A stretch of 64,000 nucleotides of DNA, taken from Candidatus Omnitrophota bacterium (GTDB lineage Bacteria; Omnitrophota; Gorgyraeia; Duberdicusellales; 4484-171). Shown in pieces: positions 21,174 through 30,489 of the stretch. The stretch's first letter is position 1, and each line of letters opens with the position of its first letter. Below the pieces are notes generated by a model, which saw only the letters and a list, made by a program, of their open reading frames with translations, ran no database searches and was not told the DNA's origin. The translations under genes and the position numbers were made by a program. Where the stretch lies: the NCBI GenBank assembly GCA_024231025.1, contig JAAEQW010000256.1, positions 66,954 to 130,953 of the forward strand, given 5' to 3'.

Positions 21174-21887
21174 TTGAATAGTAGAAAAAAAGGAGAAATT
21201 GTGTCTAGAAAAGAACCGTTGGTTGTAGGAAAAACTTATCACATTTTCAGTAAAAGCATTGCTAATTTTAAAGTATTTAATAGTTCTTTTGAATATGAGA
21301 GAATGGTTAAGATGATTCAATATTATCGACAAGAAAATCCTTCGCAAAGGTTTTCTCGTTTTATTGAACGTAGAGGGAGTGATAAAAAGACAGACGACCT
21401 GCGAACTCTTTCTTCGAATGAAAAAGCATTGGTAGAAATAATTTCATATTGCATAATGCCTACTCATTTTCATTTGGTATTGACCCAGATGAAAGATGGA
21501 GGTATATCAATTTTTGTGAATAATCTCCTAAACAGTTATACAAGATATTTCAATACCAAACTTAAAAGAAAAGGCCCTTTGTGGGAATCGAGGTTTAAGA
21601 GTGTTTTTGTTGGCACAGACGAGCAATTGCTTCACTTAACGCGCTATATACATCTTAACCCCGTTACCGCATATTTAGTTGATCAACCAGAAGATTGGGG
21701 ATTTTCTTCATATAACGAATATGTTGGCAACGCTCTTTCTGAAAATAAGATATGTGAATACGATAATGTTTTGGACATCACCCCTAGTTCCTATGGAGAT
21801 TTTGTAAAAGACAGAATCTCATACCAGAGGTCGTTAGGGTGGATAAAAAATGTGGCTCTTGAAGAAACCCAAATGTACACCGCGTAG
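21174..21887 (+). CDS. REP-associated tyrosine transposase (RAYT / IS200-like), family 2
   Basis: HUH motif MPTHFHLVL. The last codons (..MYTA*) are encoded by the REP2 palindrome. Confidence 0.8.
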   Translation: MNSRKKGEIVSRKEPLVVGKTYHIFSKSIANFKVFNSSFEYERMVKMIQYYRQENPSQRFSRFIERRGSDKKTDDLRTLSSNEKALVEIISYCIMPTHFHLVLTQMKDGGISIFVNNLLNSYTRYFNTKLKRKGPLWESRFKSVFVGTDEQLLHLTRYIHLNPVTAYLVDQPEDWGFSSYNEYVGNALSENKICEYDNVLDITPSSYGDFVKDRISYQRSLGWIKNVALEETQMYTA

Positions 21888-21953
21888 GTGTACACGGGTT
21901 AAGGCTTTAAACAAAGGGAATAAAGTGTACACCTACGCGGTGTACACGGGTAA
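21871..21953. repeat. REP2 doublet, second copy (second unit inverted)
   Basis: Same composite as 20661-20748, including the TAAGGCTTTAAACAAAGGGAATAAA spacer. Confidence 0.85.
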
Positions 21954-21974
21954 AAGTGTGTTGGGAGGGCTATT

Positions 21975-22529
21975 ATGGATAAGAAAAAGATAGAAAAAGC
22001 AGCGAGAATGATTTTGGAGGCGGTTGGTGCTGATTTAACAAAAAAAGACATTGCAAGTACGCCTAAACGCGTTGCTAGTATGTACGCGGAAGTTTTATCG
22101 GGACAGAATAAAAATCCCGAAAATGAGCTGGAAGTAATTCTGGAAGAAAAACATGATGAGATAATCTTACTAAAAAATATACCTTTATACAGCATGTGTG
22201 AACACCATCTTCTTCCGTTTATCGGCAAGGCAAGCGTTGCCTATATTCCTGACAAAAGAATAACCGGCCTTAGCAAGATAGCAAGAGTGGTTGAAGTTTT
22301 GGCTCGCCGTCTTCAGGTGCAAGAGCGCCTTACTGCTAAAGTCGCTGACGCAATTATGAAAAAATTAAAACCTAAGGGGGTGATGGTAGTAATTGAAGCC
22401 GAGCATCTTTGCATGACAATGAGAGGGGTGCAAAAACCCGGCGCAGTTACAGTAACCTCAGTTGTAAGAGGGGTTTTTAGAAGCAACCAGAAAACGCGTC
22501 AAGAAGCATTAGGGCTAATAAGAAATTAG
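21975..22529 (+). CDS. folE: GTP cyclohydrolase I
   Basis: CEHHLLPF active-site motif. Confidence 0.9.
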   Translation: MDKKKIEKAARMILEAVGADLTKKDIASTPKRVASMYAEVLSGQNKNPENELEVILEEKHDEIILLKNIPLYSMCEHHLLPFIGKASVAYIPDKRITGLSKIARVVEVLARRLQVQERLTAKVADAIMKKLKPKGVMVVIEAEHLCMTMRGVQKPGAVTVTSVVRGVFRSNQKTRQEALGLIRN

Positions 22530-22559
22530 TTAAAAACGTAAAACTATAATTGGTTTTAA

Positions 22560-23000
22560 GTTATAAGCTGTGCCCTCAATAAATATGGTAAAATTATTTA
22601 TGATGAATGGATTAATACCGGTCAATTACGCAAGAATGTGTTAATGGATGTATCTGTTATAATGCCAAATCATATGCATGGTATTATTGCGATAAGTGAC
22701 ATCGGTAAGGAATCCGGAAAGCAGAAGGGGTTGGGAAGGGTACCTGCTGGATCATTAGCGGCAATTATCCGAGCATTTAAATCGTCGGTAACCAAGCGCG
22801 TTAATGAATCACATGATCTCTCGGGAGCGCCAATATGGCAGCGTAATTATTACGAACATATTATTCGTAATGATCAGGAATTGGATAAAATCCGTAAATA
22901 TATTATCGATAATCCCATAAATTGGATTAATGATGATGAAAACAATAAAAAGGGCACAGCGCGCTGTGCCCCTACTCGCTTACAACTGTACAAGGATTAA
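22560..23000 (+). pseudogene. 5'-truncated RAYT / IS200-like transposase gene (family 3). The N-terminal ~40 aa are missing.
   Basis: HUH motif MPNHMHGII present. The frame opens at a stop at 22557 with no start codon upstream of the HUH region. The 3' end overlaps REP3. Confidence 0.6.
22952..22972. repeat. REP3 palindrome GGGCACAGCGCGCTGTGCCCC
   Basis: Perfect 20-bp palindrome; encodes ..GTARCAPT at the RAYT3 C-terminus. A half-site lies at 22567-22575. Confidence 0.8.
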
Positions 23001-23087
23001 GAGATTATTGTGTAGACTTTTTTGATGGGGTTTGCGTCTAATTTGGTGAGAGTGAAAAGCAGTGATTATTGAAAAAAGGAGGTCAGA

Positions 23088-23870
23088 ATGGTGAAAAAAG
23101 TAGTTTTTTTAGTAGTTTTTTTAATCGTCGGTTCAGTTTATGCTCAAGATACTCAGCGTCAGACTCAAAAAAGTGAAAATCAGGCCTATCGCGAAACACA
23201 AGTGCAAGAACGCCAATCCTTTAGGGAATCTCAAAGAGATGAAAATCAAGCTTATCGCAAAGATCAAAAAGAGCAACGTCAGGATTTTAGATCTACACAA
23301 AAGCAAGAAAATCAAGCTTATCGAGACACCCAAAAGGGTGAGAATCAAGATTTCAAATCTACGCAAAAGCAAGAAAATCAAGATTTCAGGTCTACGCAAA
23401 AGCAAGAAAACCAAAATTATCGCCAATCTCAAAAAGCTAAAGATCAGGCTTTTATCGATGGTTTAAAAAATTCCGACATGACTCCTCGGCAAAAACAAGA
23501 GGCAGTAGCTCAATATAGGAAAGAGAAAAAAGGAGAAAACAAAGAATATCGCCAGTCACAACGCAAGGAAAACAAAGAGCACCAACAATCACAACGCGGT
23601 GAAAACAAAGAGTATCGTCAGTCACAACGCAAGGAAAGAAAAGATCACCGACAGTCACAACGTGGCGAAAACAAAGAGTATCGTCAGTCACAACGCAAGG
23701 AAAGAAAAGATCATCGACAGTCGCAACGTGGCGAAAAAAAAGAATATCGCCAGTCGCAACGCAAAGAGAACAAAGAATTTAGAAAGTCTCAAAAGTCTGA
23801 AAACAAGAGTCATAGAAAAACTCAAAAGTCAGAAAATCGATCCCATCGAAAATCAAAAAGAGGACGGTGA
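23088..23870 (+). CDS. Secreted low-complexity repeat protein (Q/E/N/K/R-rich; ENQAYRxTQ and QSQR[KG]ENKEYR repeats)
   Basis: Signal peptide MVKKVVFLVVFLIVGSVYA. Tandem 30-bp and 60-bp coding repeats account for the overlapping ORFs on the other frames. Confidence 0.6.
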   Translation: MVKKVVFLVVFLIVGSVYAQDTQRQTQKSENQAYRETQVQERQSFRESQRDENQAYRKDQKEQRQDFRSTQKQENQAYRDTQKGENQDFKSTQKQENQDFRSTQKQENQNYRQSQKAKDQAFIDGLKNSDMTPRQKQEAVAQYRKEKKGENKEYRQSQRKENKEHQQSQRGENKEYRQSQRKERKDHRQSQRGENKEYRQSQRKERKDHRQSQRGEKKEYRQSQRKENKEFRKSQKSENKSHRKTQKSENRSHRKSKRGR

Positions 23871-24520
23871 TTAAAATGAAGACGGCTCGGTTATGGTTAA
23901 TCGCAATTTTTTGCACAGTTTGTTTAAGCGCGTCGCTTTTTGCTCAGGAGGACCATGTGCTTTTTGAAGGTTTGTCTAAGGCCGATAAGGAGGAGATGGT
24001 TAAGCTAAAGAATGATGATCCTGAAAAGTTTCATGAAGCAATGCGTGCTAAGATGCAGGCAAAAAAGCAAGAGTTAAAAGCTTTAAAAGAGAGCGATCCC
24101 GAAAAGTTTAAGGCAATTATGAAGGGCCATCGTCAAAAAATAAAGCAACGTATGGACAAGCTGAAAAAAGAGAATCCTCAAAAATATGAGGAAATGACCA
24201 AAAAACACCGCGCTAAAAGAAGAGAGCGCGCCAAAAAACTTCGCAAAGAGGACCCCGAAAAATTTAAAGAAATGATGCAGAATCGTCGCCGCAAGATGAA
24301 GGCGCGTCTGGAGAAACTTAAAGAAAGCGATCCTAAAAAGTATGAGGAAATGAAAGCGAAGATCGAAAAAAGAAGGACCCAACGCCTTAAAAGAATTTGC
24401 GAAGAGGATCCCGATCGATGTGAAAAAATTAAAGCGAGAAGAAAAAAACGACGTCTTAAGCGCGATAGCCACCGAAAAACTGATAGTGATAATTTTAGCG
24501 GGAGTGAGCCTAGTGAGTAG
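23867..24520 (+). CDS. Secreted K/E/R-rich repeat protein (DPEKF...EEM repeats)
   Basis: Signal peptide MIKMKTARLWLIAIFCTVCLSASLFA and six repeats of about 30 aa. Confidence 0.6.
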   Translation: MIKMKTARLWLIAIFCTVCLSASLFAQEDHVLFEGLSKADKEEMVKLKNDDPEKFHEAMRAKMQAKKQELKALKESDPEKFKAIMKGHRQKIKQRMDKLKKENPQKYEEMTKKHRAKRRERAKKLRKEDPEKFKEMMQNRRRKMKARLEKLKESDPKKYEEMKAKIEKRRTQRLKRICEEDPDRCEKIKARRKKRRLKRDSHRKTDSDNFSGSEPSE

Positions 24521-24534
24521 TTGTTCTTTAAAAT

Positions 24535-25074
24535 ATGCTTTACAATAAAGAGGAAGAACTATTGGCAAAGTTGGATGAGCTTGCATCAGGCTCTGATGAG
24601 GCATTTGAGGATATTTTGCGCCTTGTGTATTCGGACATTTTAAATATTGCGCTGAAATATTTATTAAACTATGAAGACGCAAAAGATGTTTCTCAAGAGG
24701 TGTCCTTAAAGCTTTATCATAAGATCAAAACTTATCATCGGGCATCAAAGCTCTCAACATGGATATATCGAGTTGTTGTAAATGCTTGTATTGATTTTTT
24801 ACGGCGTAAAAAAAGCGTAGTTAGTTTTAATGATGCGATAAAAACAGATACAAAAGCAATGGACGAAGTAGAAAAAAGAGATAACCAGAATTTAATTAGC
24901 AAAGCGATTGCTAAATTGCCCAATCGACAAAAAAACGTAATTATACTAAAGCATTTTGAAGGATTAAAAATAGCTCAAATAAGTAAAGTTTTGCGTTGTT
25001 CGCAAAGTAGCGTAAAGACGCATTTGTATCGAGCGATAGACAGTTTAAGAAATGAGCTAGGAGGAATAATATGA
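24535..25074 (+). CDS. ECF-type RNA polymerase sigma factor (sigma-70 regions 2 and 4)
   Basis: Region 2 is DVSQEVSLKLYHKI...TWIYRVVVNACIDFLRRK; region 4 is LPNRQKNVIILKHFEGLKIAQISKVL. Confidence 0.8.
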   Translation: MLYNKEEELLAKLDELASGSDEAFEDILRLVYSDILNIALKYLLNYEDAKDVSQEVSLKLYHKIKTYHRASKLSTWIYRVVVNACIDFLRRKKSVVSFNDAIKTDTKAMDEVEKRDNQNLISKAIAKLPNRQKNVIILKHFEGLKIAQISKVLRCSQSSVKTHLYRAIDSLRNELGGII

Positions 25075-25574
25075 TTTGTCCTAAAAAAGAAGAAATTACC
25101 CTTTATTATTATCGTGAATTAAGTGCTAGCAAAGTAAAATTTGTAAAAAACCACTTAAAAATTTGTAAAAAATGCGCTAGCGAATATGCGGCGGTAGAGT
25201 CTTTTTTGAAAGGTTTAGATTTAGAGGGCGTTGTGCCTGAAGAGCTAGACTATTCACTTATAATGGACAAGGCAAAAGAGCCGCGCTTTAATCCGATACT
25301 TGATTTTGTTAATAATTTGCGCTTTGGCTTATCGTTTTCGCCAAGACTTGTTCCTGTTTTGGCAGTATTAATTTTAACTCTGGCGATATTTCCGTTCATC
25401 GGCAAAAAGGAAAGCAATTATAATTTAGAGATTTTACAAATTGAAATGGAGCTATCATTAGGCAGTGCATCAGCGCTTGATGAGTATTTTGATGATGAGG
25501 TTATAGAGGAGCTATCGAACCCCGAATATTCCATTCTTCAAAGCAATCAGGGTCCAGCTCATAAAGAAACTTAG
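25071..25574 (+). CDS. Putative zinc-finger anti-sigma factor with one TM segment
   Basis: Overlaps the sigma gene stop (ATGA). Has Cys pairs CPKK..HLKICKKC and the TM LVPVLAVLILTLAIF. Confidence 0.5.
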   Translation: MICPKKEEITLYYYRELSASKVKFVKNHLKICKKCASEYAAVESFLKGLDLEGVVPEELDYSLIMDKAKEPRFNPILDFVNNLRFGLSFSPRLVPVLAVLILTLAIFPFIGKKESNYNLEILQIEMELSLGSASALDEYFDDEVIEELSNPEYSILQSNQGPAHKET

Positions 25575-27456
25575 AGCCACGGGTTATAATCATTCCGCTT
25601 TTAAATGTATATTTGTTTTGTGGATAAGTTATGTAAAGATGTGACTTTGTGCGCGTAGCAGCAACATAAAATAAACGACGTTCCTCTTCCATTGCCTCGT
25701 CTGATTCAATCGCTTTTGGATGAGGAAAATCGTAATCATTGAATCCGATCAAAAACACAACTTTCCATTCCAAACCCTTTGCTTGATGAATAGTAGAGAG
25801 CACTAAAGTTTCTCCTTTTTCGGACGCCGACAGAATAGTCTCGCCTTTAAAGCCTTCGGTGTTTAAATCAAGAATGAAATTTTTTATCGTAGGGTATCCA
25901 TCAGCCATTTTTGCTAGCTCTTCTAAATCAAGAATGCGGTCTTGCGGATTTTCGAAAGAAAGTTGACAGTAATCTTTGTAGAATTCCAAAACTTCCTTAA
26001 TTGCCTTTTGCGGCTCTTTTATTTTTTGCAATGCCCCAAGAACAGACGCAAAATTTCTGAATCCTGTTTGCTGTTTTTTTGGGAGCTCTTTTATTATTGA
26101 GGCGGGTGTTTTTTTATCTTGGAGTTTGCGCCATATTTTATGAGCGTATCCACGGCCAATGCCTTGGTGCAGTGAAATTGCTCGTTTAAAAGATATTTCA
26201 TCGTGGTGGTTTACGAGTATTTTAAGATAGCTCATTACATCCTTAATGTGTGATTGTTCAAAGAAGCGCATACCGCCGCGTATCAAATATGGTATGTTGC
26301 GCTTGATCAGTTCCATTTCAAGTTCTAAAGCTTGAAAACGCGAACGAAATAATACTGCAATGTTGTTTATTGAAATGTTTTCTTGGTTTAATTCTAATAT
26401 TCTCTGGGTAACGAATTGTGCTTGTTGATAAACATCATTGGTTTTTACGGCAATGGGCAGGTTACCGTCGAGTTTTATTGCGCGTAGAGTTTTAGGAAAT
26501 TGATTTATGTTATGTTTAATTATCTCATTAGCCAGGCAAAGTATTTGTGGCGTTGAGCGATAGTTAATTTCAAGGCGAAATATTTTAGCTCCTTTAAAAA
26601 TTTGAGGGAAATCTAAAAGATTTTTTATTTGTGCTCCGCGAAAAGAATATATTGATTGGGCATCGTCACCAACAACTAAGATGTTATTGTGATGGGAAGA
26701 AAGTTTTTGTAATATTTGAAATTGAACTTTATTAGTATCCTGATATTCATCCACTAAAACATGAGTAAACATTTGTGAATACTTGTCGCAGATTTCTTTT
26801 TCTTTTAAAACATTTAAAAAGTTGATGAGCAAGTCATCAAAGTCCATGGTGTTAGCTTCTTTTTTCCTTTTTTCATAACGCGCTAAAACTTTTCTTATTT
26901 GAGGAATAAAATCTTCTAAATGCGGATAGAAGTTAATGATCAGGTCGCTAACTTTTTTTTGACTACTTGCTTGTAAGCTGCGGATGTTGGCGATTACATT
27001 TTTTTTGGGAGTGAGCTTACCTTGTTTAGAAAATTGCCCTTCTTCTAGGCACTCTTGAATTAGACTTAAAGAGTCTTGGCGGTCAACAATTGTAAAGTTT
27101 GAAGAATACCCCAACAAATGCGCCTCACGTCGTAAAATCATATTCGCAATATGGTGAAAAGTGCCCGCCCAAAGCCCCGTCAGATTAGATTTTAGCAGCA
27201 CTTCAGCACGATGAATCATTTCCTGGGCTGCCTTATTGGTGAAAGTTGCCAGGAGAATATTTGTTGGATGCACCCCTTGCTCTAGCAGATAAGCCAGGCG
27301 ATAGATTAAGACCCTGGTTTTTCCGCTTCCGGCACCGGCTAAAACAAGAGCGGGGCCGCTTGCCTCTTTGATTACTTTGAGTTGTTGGGAGTTTAAATTG
27401 TTGGCGTAATCTATTGTTGTTTTTCTTTGGAAAGATTGTAGCTGATAGTCCTTCAT
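25501..27456 (-). CDS. uvrD: UvrD/PcrA/Rep-family ATP-dependent DNA helicase
   Basis: Walker A LAGAGSGKT and UvrD motifs throughout. The ORF track start is 27537; the internal Met at 27456 (MKDYQLQSF) is the more likely start. Confidence 0.85.
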   Translation of the reverse strand: MKDYQLQSFQRKTTIDYANNLNSQQLKVIKEASGPALVLAGAGSGKTRVLIYRLAYLLEQGVHPTNILLATFTNKAAQEMIHRAEVLLKSNLTGLWAGTFHHIANMILRREAHLLGYSSNFTIVDRQDSLSLIQECLEEGQFSKQGKLTPKKNVIANIRSLQASSQKKVSDLIINFYPHLEDFIPQIRKVLARYEKRKKEANTMDFDDLLINFLNVLKEKEICDKYSQMFTHVLVDEYQDTNKVQFQILQKLSSHHNNILVVGDDAQSIYSFRGAQIKNLLDFPQIFKGAKIFRLEINYRSTPQILCLANEIIKHNINQFPKTLRAIKLDGNLPIAVKTNDVYQQAQFVTQRILELNQENISINNIAVLFRSRFQALELEMELIKRNIPYLIRGGMRFFEQSHIKDVMSYLKILVNHHDEISFKRAISLHQGIGRGYAHKIWRKLQDKKTPASIIKELPKKQQTGFRNFASVLGALQKIKEPQKAIKEVLEFYKDYCQLSFENPQDRILDLEELAKMADGYPTIKNFILDLNTEGFKGETILSASEKGETLVLSTIHQAKGLEWKVVFLIGFNDYDFPHPKAIESDEAMEEERRLFYVAATRTKSHLYITYPQNKYTFKSGMIITRGSKFLYELDPDCFEEWNIRGSIAPL

Positions 27457-27553
27457 AATTAAAGTATTATAGACAAAATGTGAAAAGAGACAATAGTTTT
27501 CTTTCCAGACAAAGGGTTTTGTGATAAAATAAGTCACAAGGGAGGTGGTTTAA

Positions 27554-27913
27554 ATGAGTAGCGATAGCAGAAAATTTGTAAGATTTGAAATACCACTTGA
27601 TGTAGCACTCAAAGAGCCCGGGCTCGAAAATGGCAAACGAGAGGCGCTTACTAAGGATTTTTCCCGTAAGGGTCTTTGTTTAACCTCTAACAGTTTTAAC
27701 TTTGACTTAAACTCAGTTGTTGAGCTGGAACTAATGGTTCCCGACAAGAAAGATCCTTTAAAAATTTCCGGTGAAGTTGTCTGGAAAAAGCAAGTTGACG
27801 ATAAGTGGGCAGTCGGGTTAGAATTTAAGGAAATTGATTCCGCATGCAAAATCGACATTTTAGAATTTGCATATAATAGCTGGCTGGCTAAGATACGCCG
27901 TCATGAGGCTTAA
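27554..27913 (+). CDS. PilZ-domain c-di-GMP binding protein
   Basis: RKFVR (RxxxR) and DFSRKG (DxSxxG) motifs. Confidence 0.7.
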   Translation: MSSDSRKFVRFEIPLDVALKEPGLENGKREALTKDFSRKGLCLTSNSFNFDLNSVVELELMVPDKKDPLKISGEVVWKKQVDDKWAVGLEFKEIDSACKIDILEFAYNSWLAKIRRHEA

Positions 27914-28006
27914 TTTTTGTTCTGTTTGAGTTGATTTTGCAACGTTACGATTAAACTGCAATGGACGATAATCCTTCCAATAATCTTGTTCCCGATGTGA
28001 GGAGTA

Positions 28007-29218
28007 ATGGTTAATTTTATTCTGTTTTTCGTTTTTATAGCTCTGTCAGCGTTTTTTTCAGCTTCAGAGACCGCACTTTTTTCCTTAAGTGATTTAAAGC
28101 TGCGTCGTTTGCAAGAACAAAAACCTCAAGCAAAAATAGTCAAAAAAATACTTAAAAAACCTACGCGTCTGCTTTCGGCGATTGTTTTTGGCAATATGCT
28201 GGTTAATATTGGTCTTGTTTCGCTTTCGACCGCTGTTTTTGTATCTCTTTGGGGTCAGCAAGGCCTAATCGTTTCAATTTTTCTAAGCGGTATTCTTATT
28301 CTTTTCTTCGGAGAGATTTTTCCAAAAACTCTTGCTATATATGCGGCTGATAAATTGTCTTTGGCATTTGCGCCAACATTGGATTTTTTCTCTAAAACGT
28401 TTTCCCCATTAGTTATGGTTATCGAAAAGATCGTTGCTTTTTTCTCATCTTATTTGATAAGGAGTTCACGCAAAAAACCATTAACCGACGAAGAGCTAAG
28501 AACTGCACTTCTTTTAGGCAAAGAAGAAGGGCAAATTACAGTTGAAGAAGAAGAGATGATTAGTCATGTTTTAGAGTTTAAAGATACCTGGGCCAGTGAA
28601 ATATTAACTGCGCGTATTGACATTGAAGGTATTGACATAAAATCAACTAAGTCCGAGGCGTTGGCAGCATTGCGCAAGAGCAAGCATTCGCGTTTTCCGG
28701 TTTATGAGAGCTCGTTGGATAACATCGTTGGTATCTTGCGGGTTAAGAAAGTGTTTCTTAATCCGGATAAGGATTGGCGTTTGTTTTTGCGTGAGCCGAT
28801 TTTTGTTCCTGAGAGCAAAAGGATCGACGATCTCCTAAAGTTATTTATGGATAAAAAAGAAAGAATCGCCATTGTTTTAGATGAGTACGGAGGCACCGAG
28901 GGACTGGTTACCTTAGAGGATATCGAGGAAGAGATCTTTGGCGAAATTTACGATGAATTTGAAACTCCAAAAGCTGCGATCGAAAAAATTGATGAAAACA
29001 CTTGGCGCCTTTATGGCAAGACGCCGCTTAAAAATGTGAACATGGAGTTAGATTTAGATTTACCGGAGCGAGAAAATAATGTTGCTGGATTTTTACTCTC
29101 CAAAATGGAAAAGATCCCTCGCTCTAAAGAAAAATATATCTCACAAAACATGGAGTTTACGATTGAGCGGGCAACAGCAAAGAGAATTACCAGCGTAATT
29201 TTAAAGTTAAAACGATGA
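28007..29218 (+). CDS. CNNM/CorC-family membrane protein (DUF21-CBS-CorC_HlyC)
   Basis: Four N-terminal TM helices, a CBS pair and a C-terminal transporter-associated domain. Confidence 0.75.
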   Translation: MVNFILFFVFIALSAFFSASETALFSLSDLKLRRLQEQKPQAKIVKKILKKPTRLLSAIVFGNMLVNIGLVSLSTAVFVSLWGQQGLIVSIFLSGILILFFGEIFPKTLAIYAADKLSLAFAPTLDFFSKTFSPLVMVIEKIVAFFSSYLIRSSRKKPLTDEELRTALLLGKEEGQITVEEEEMISHVLEFKDTWASEILTARIDIEGIDIKSTKSEALAALRKSKHSRFPVYESSLDNIVGILRVKKVFLNPDKDWRLFLREPIFVPESKRIDDLLKLFMDKKERIAIVLDEYGGTEGLVTLEDIEEEIFGEIYDEFETPKAAIEKIDENTWRLYGKTPLKNVNMELDLDLPERENNVAGFLLSKMEKIPRSKEKYISQNMEFTIERATAKRITSVILKLKR

Positions 29219-30174
29219 TTATATTATACTTACTAGGCAGTTTTTGTTTCATTATTTTGCAGGGATTTTTTGCCGCAAGCGAAATAAGTTTTATTTCCTC
29301 AAGTCTGCTTAAGTTGCGTCACCGTAAAGATAAGGGCGATAAGTTTTCAGCTGATGCATATCGGATAATGCTTTCTCCGGAGAAATTTTTAGCGACCACT
29401 TTGGTTGGCACCAATCTATCAGTAATTCTAAGCACAAGCTTGCTGACTTCGTTTTTAGTTAAAGCGGGAGTGCAGAACAGTAATGTTTGGATTACAATTT
29501 TCTTTACGCCGCTAATTGTTATTTTTGCTGAACTTATTCCTAAAAATATTGGAAGGTACTTTAAAGAAGATTTTAGTATTTGGGCAGTAAAGCCTTTTTC
29601 TATTTTTGAAAAGTTGTTTTCTCCGGTTGTGGTGAGTATTGAGGCGATCAGTAAATTTGTGATAAGAGTTTTTATTGGCAAAGTGCGTCCGCGCTCTTTG
29701 TTTGTAACCAAGGAAGAAATTAGATTGCTGATTAACGAAATTAAAAAAGAGGGAGGAATCGATAAAGGCGAGCAAGAGGCGATAGAAGAGGTGTTTGAAT
29801 TTAGAAGCAATAAAATTAAAGAAGTTTGCGTAGGTATTAAAAAAGTAGCCGCGGTTGATTATACTGACTCATATAAAAAGATTATTGAGGTAGTAAGTAA
29901 ATCCGGGTACACGCGTTATCCGGTGTTTAAAAATCGGGAGATAGCTGGTTATATAAATATTTACGATTTGTTTTATAATGAGCAAGAAAATTGGCATTCG
30001 TTTATCCGGCCAATCACAAAGGTTAGCGTTAACCAAAAACTTTATGAGGTTTTCAGTAGTTTAAGAAAGAAAAAAGAAAGCATGGCTCTGGTGTTTAAAG
30101 GAAAGCGTGTTTTCGGAATCATTACTTTGCAGGACCTTATCCGCGAAATAATCACTTCAATCGTCAAAATTTAA
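29215..30174 (+). CDS. DUF21-CBS membrane protein, paralogue of the preceding gene
   Basis: Overlapping start (ATGA); TM N-terminus plus a CBS pair. Confidence 0.65.
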   Translation: MIILYLLGSFCFIILQGFFAASEISFISSSLLKLRHRKDKGDKFSADAYRIMLSPEKFLATTLVGTNLSVILSTSLLTSFLVKAGVQNSNVWITIFFTPLIVIFAELIPKNIGRYFKEDFSIWAVKPFSIFEKLFSPVVVSIEAISKFVIRVFIGKVRPRSLFVTKEEIRLLINEIKKEGGIDKGEQEAIEEVFEFRSNKIKEVCVGIKKVAAVDYTDSYKKIIEVVSKSGYTRYPVFKNREIAGYINIYDLFYNEQENWHSFIRPITKVSVNQKLYEVFSSLRKKKESMALVFKGKRVFGIITLQDLIREIITSIVKI

Positions 30175-30221
30175 TCAAGCGAAGAGCGTATAAGTGGTAA
30201 GTGGTAAGTATTAAATTAGCG

Positions 30222-30475
30222 CAAAACTAAAAGCTAAAAACGCAAAACCATAGCGTAAAAGTTAGAATTAAACATGGCGCTGTTGCAAAATAAACACGTC
30301 ATTGCGAGGAACAAAGTGACGAAGCAATCTCTTATTTATCAAGGGTTTTGAGATTGCTTCGCTTCGCTCGCAATGACAAAAATGCATTTTGCAACAGCGC
30401 CAACATATCTTTTATTTCGGGAAAAACTTTTGAATTTTGAATTATGGTTTTTCGTTCTTAGCTTTTCATTTTTAG
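30222..30475. repeat. Hairpin-forming inverted-repeat element, copy A. Outer arms are CTAAAAACGCAAAACCATAGCGTAAAAG and its inverse; the centre is a 130-bp imperfect palindrome.
   Basis: The arms are reverse complements of each other. The central palindrome is 30276-30405 (TCATTGCGAGGAACAAAGTGACGAAGCAATCTC .. GAGATTGCTTCGCTTCGCTCGCAATGAC). Confidence 0.7.
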
Positions 30476-30489
30476 TTGACATGCGGTAG

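Noticed and set aside
23133-23874. Overlapping ORFs on other frames and strands (23133-23432 -, 23140-23466 +, 23452-23691 -, 23599-23874 +) inside the repetitive gene
   Set aside because: They are shadows of the 30-bp and 60-bp coding tandem repeats of gene 23088-23870. They have low-complexity, repeat-driven translations and no independent start context.
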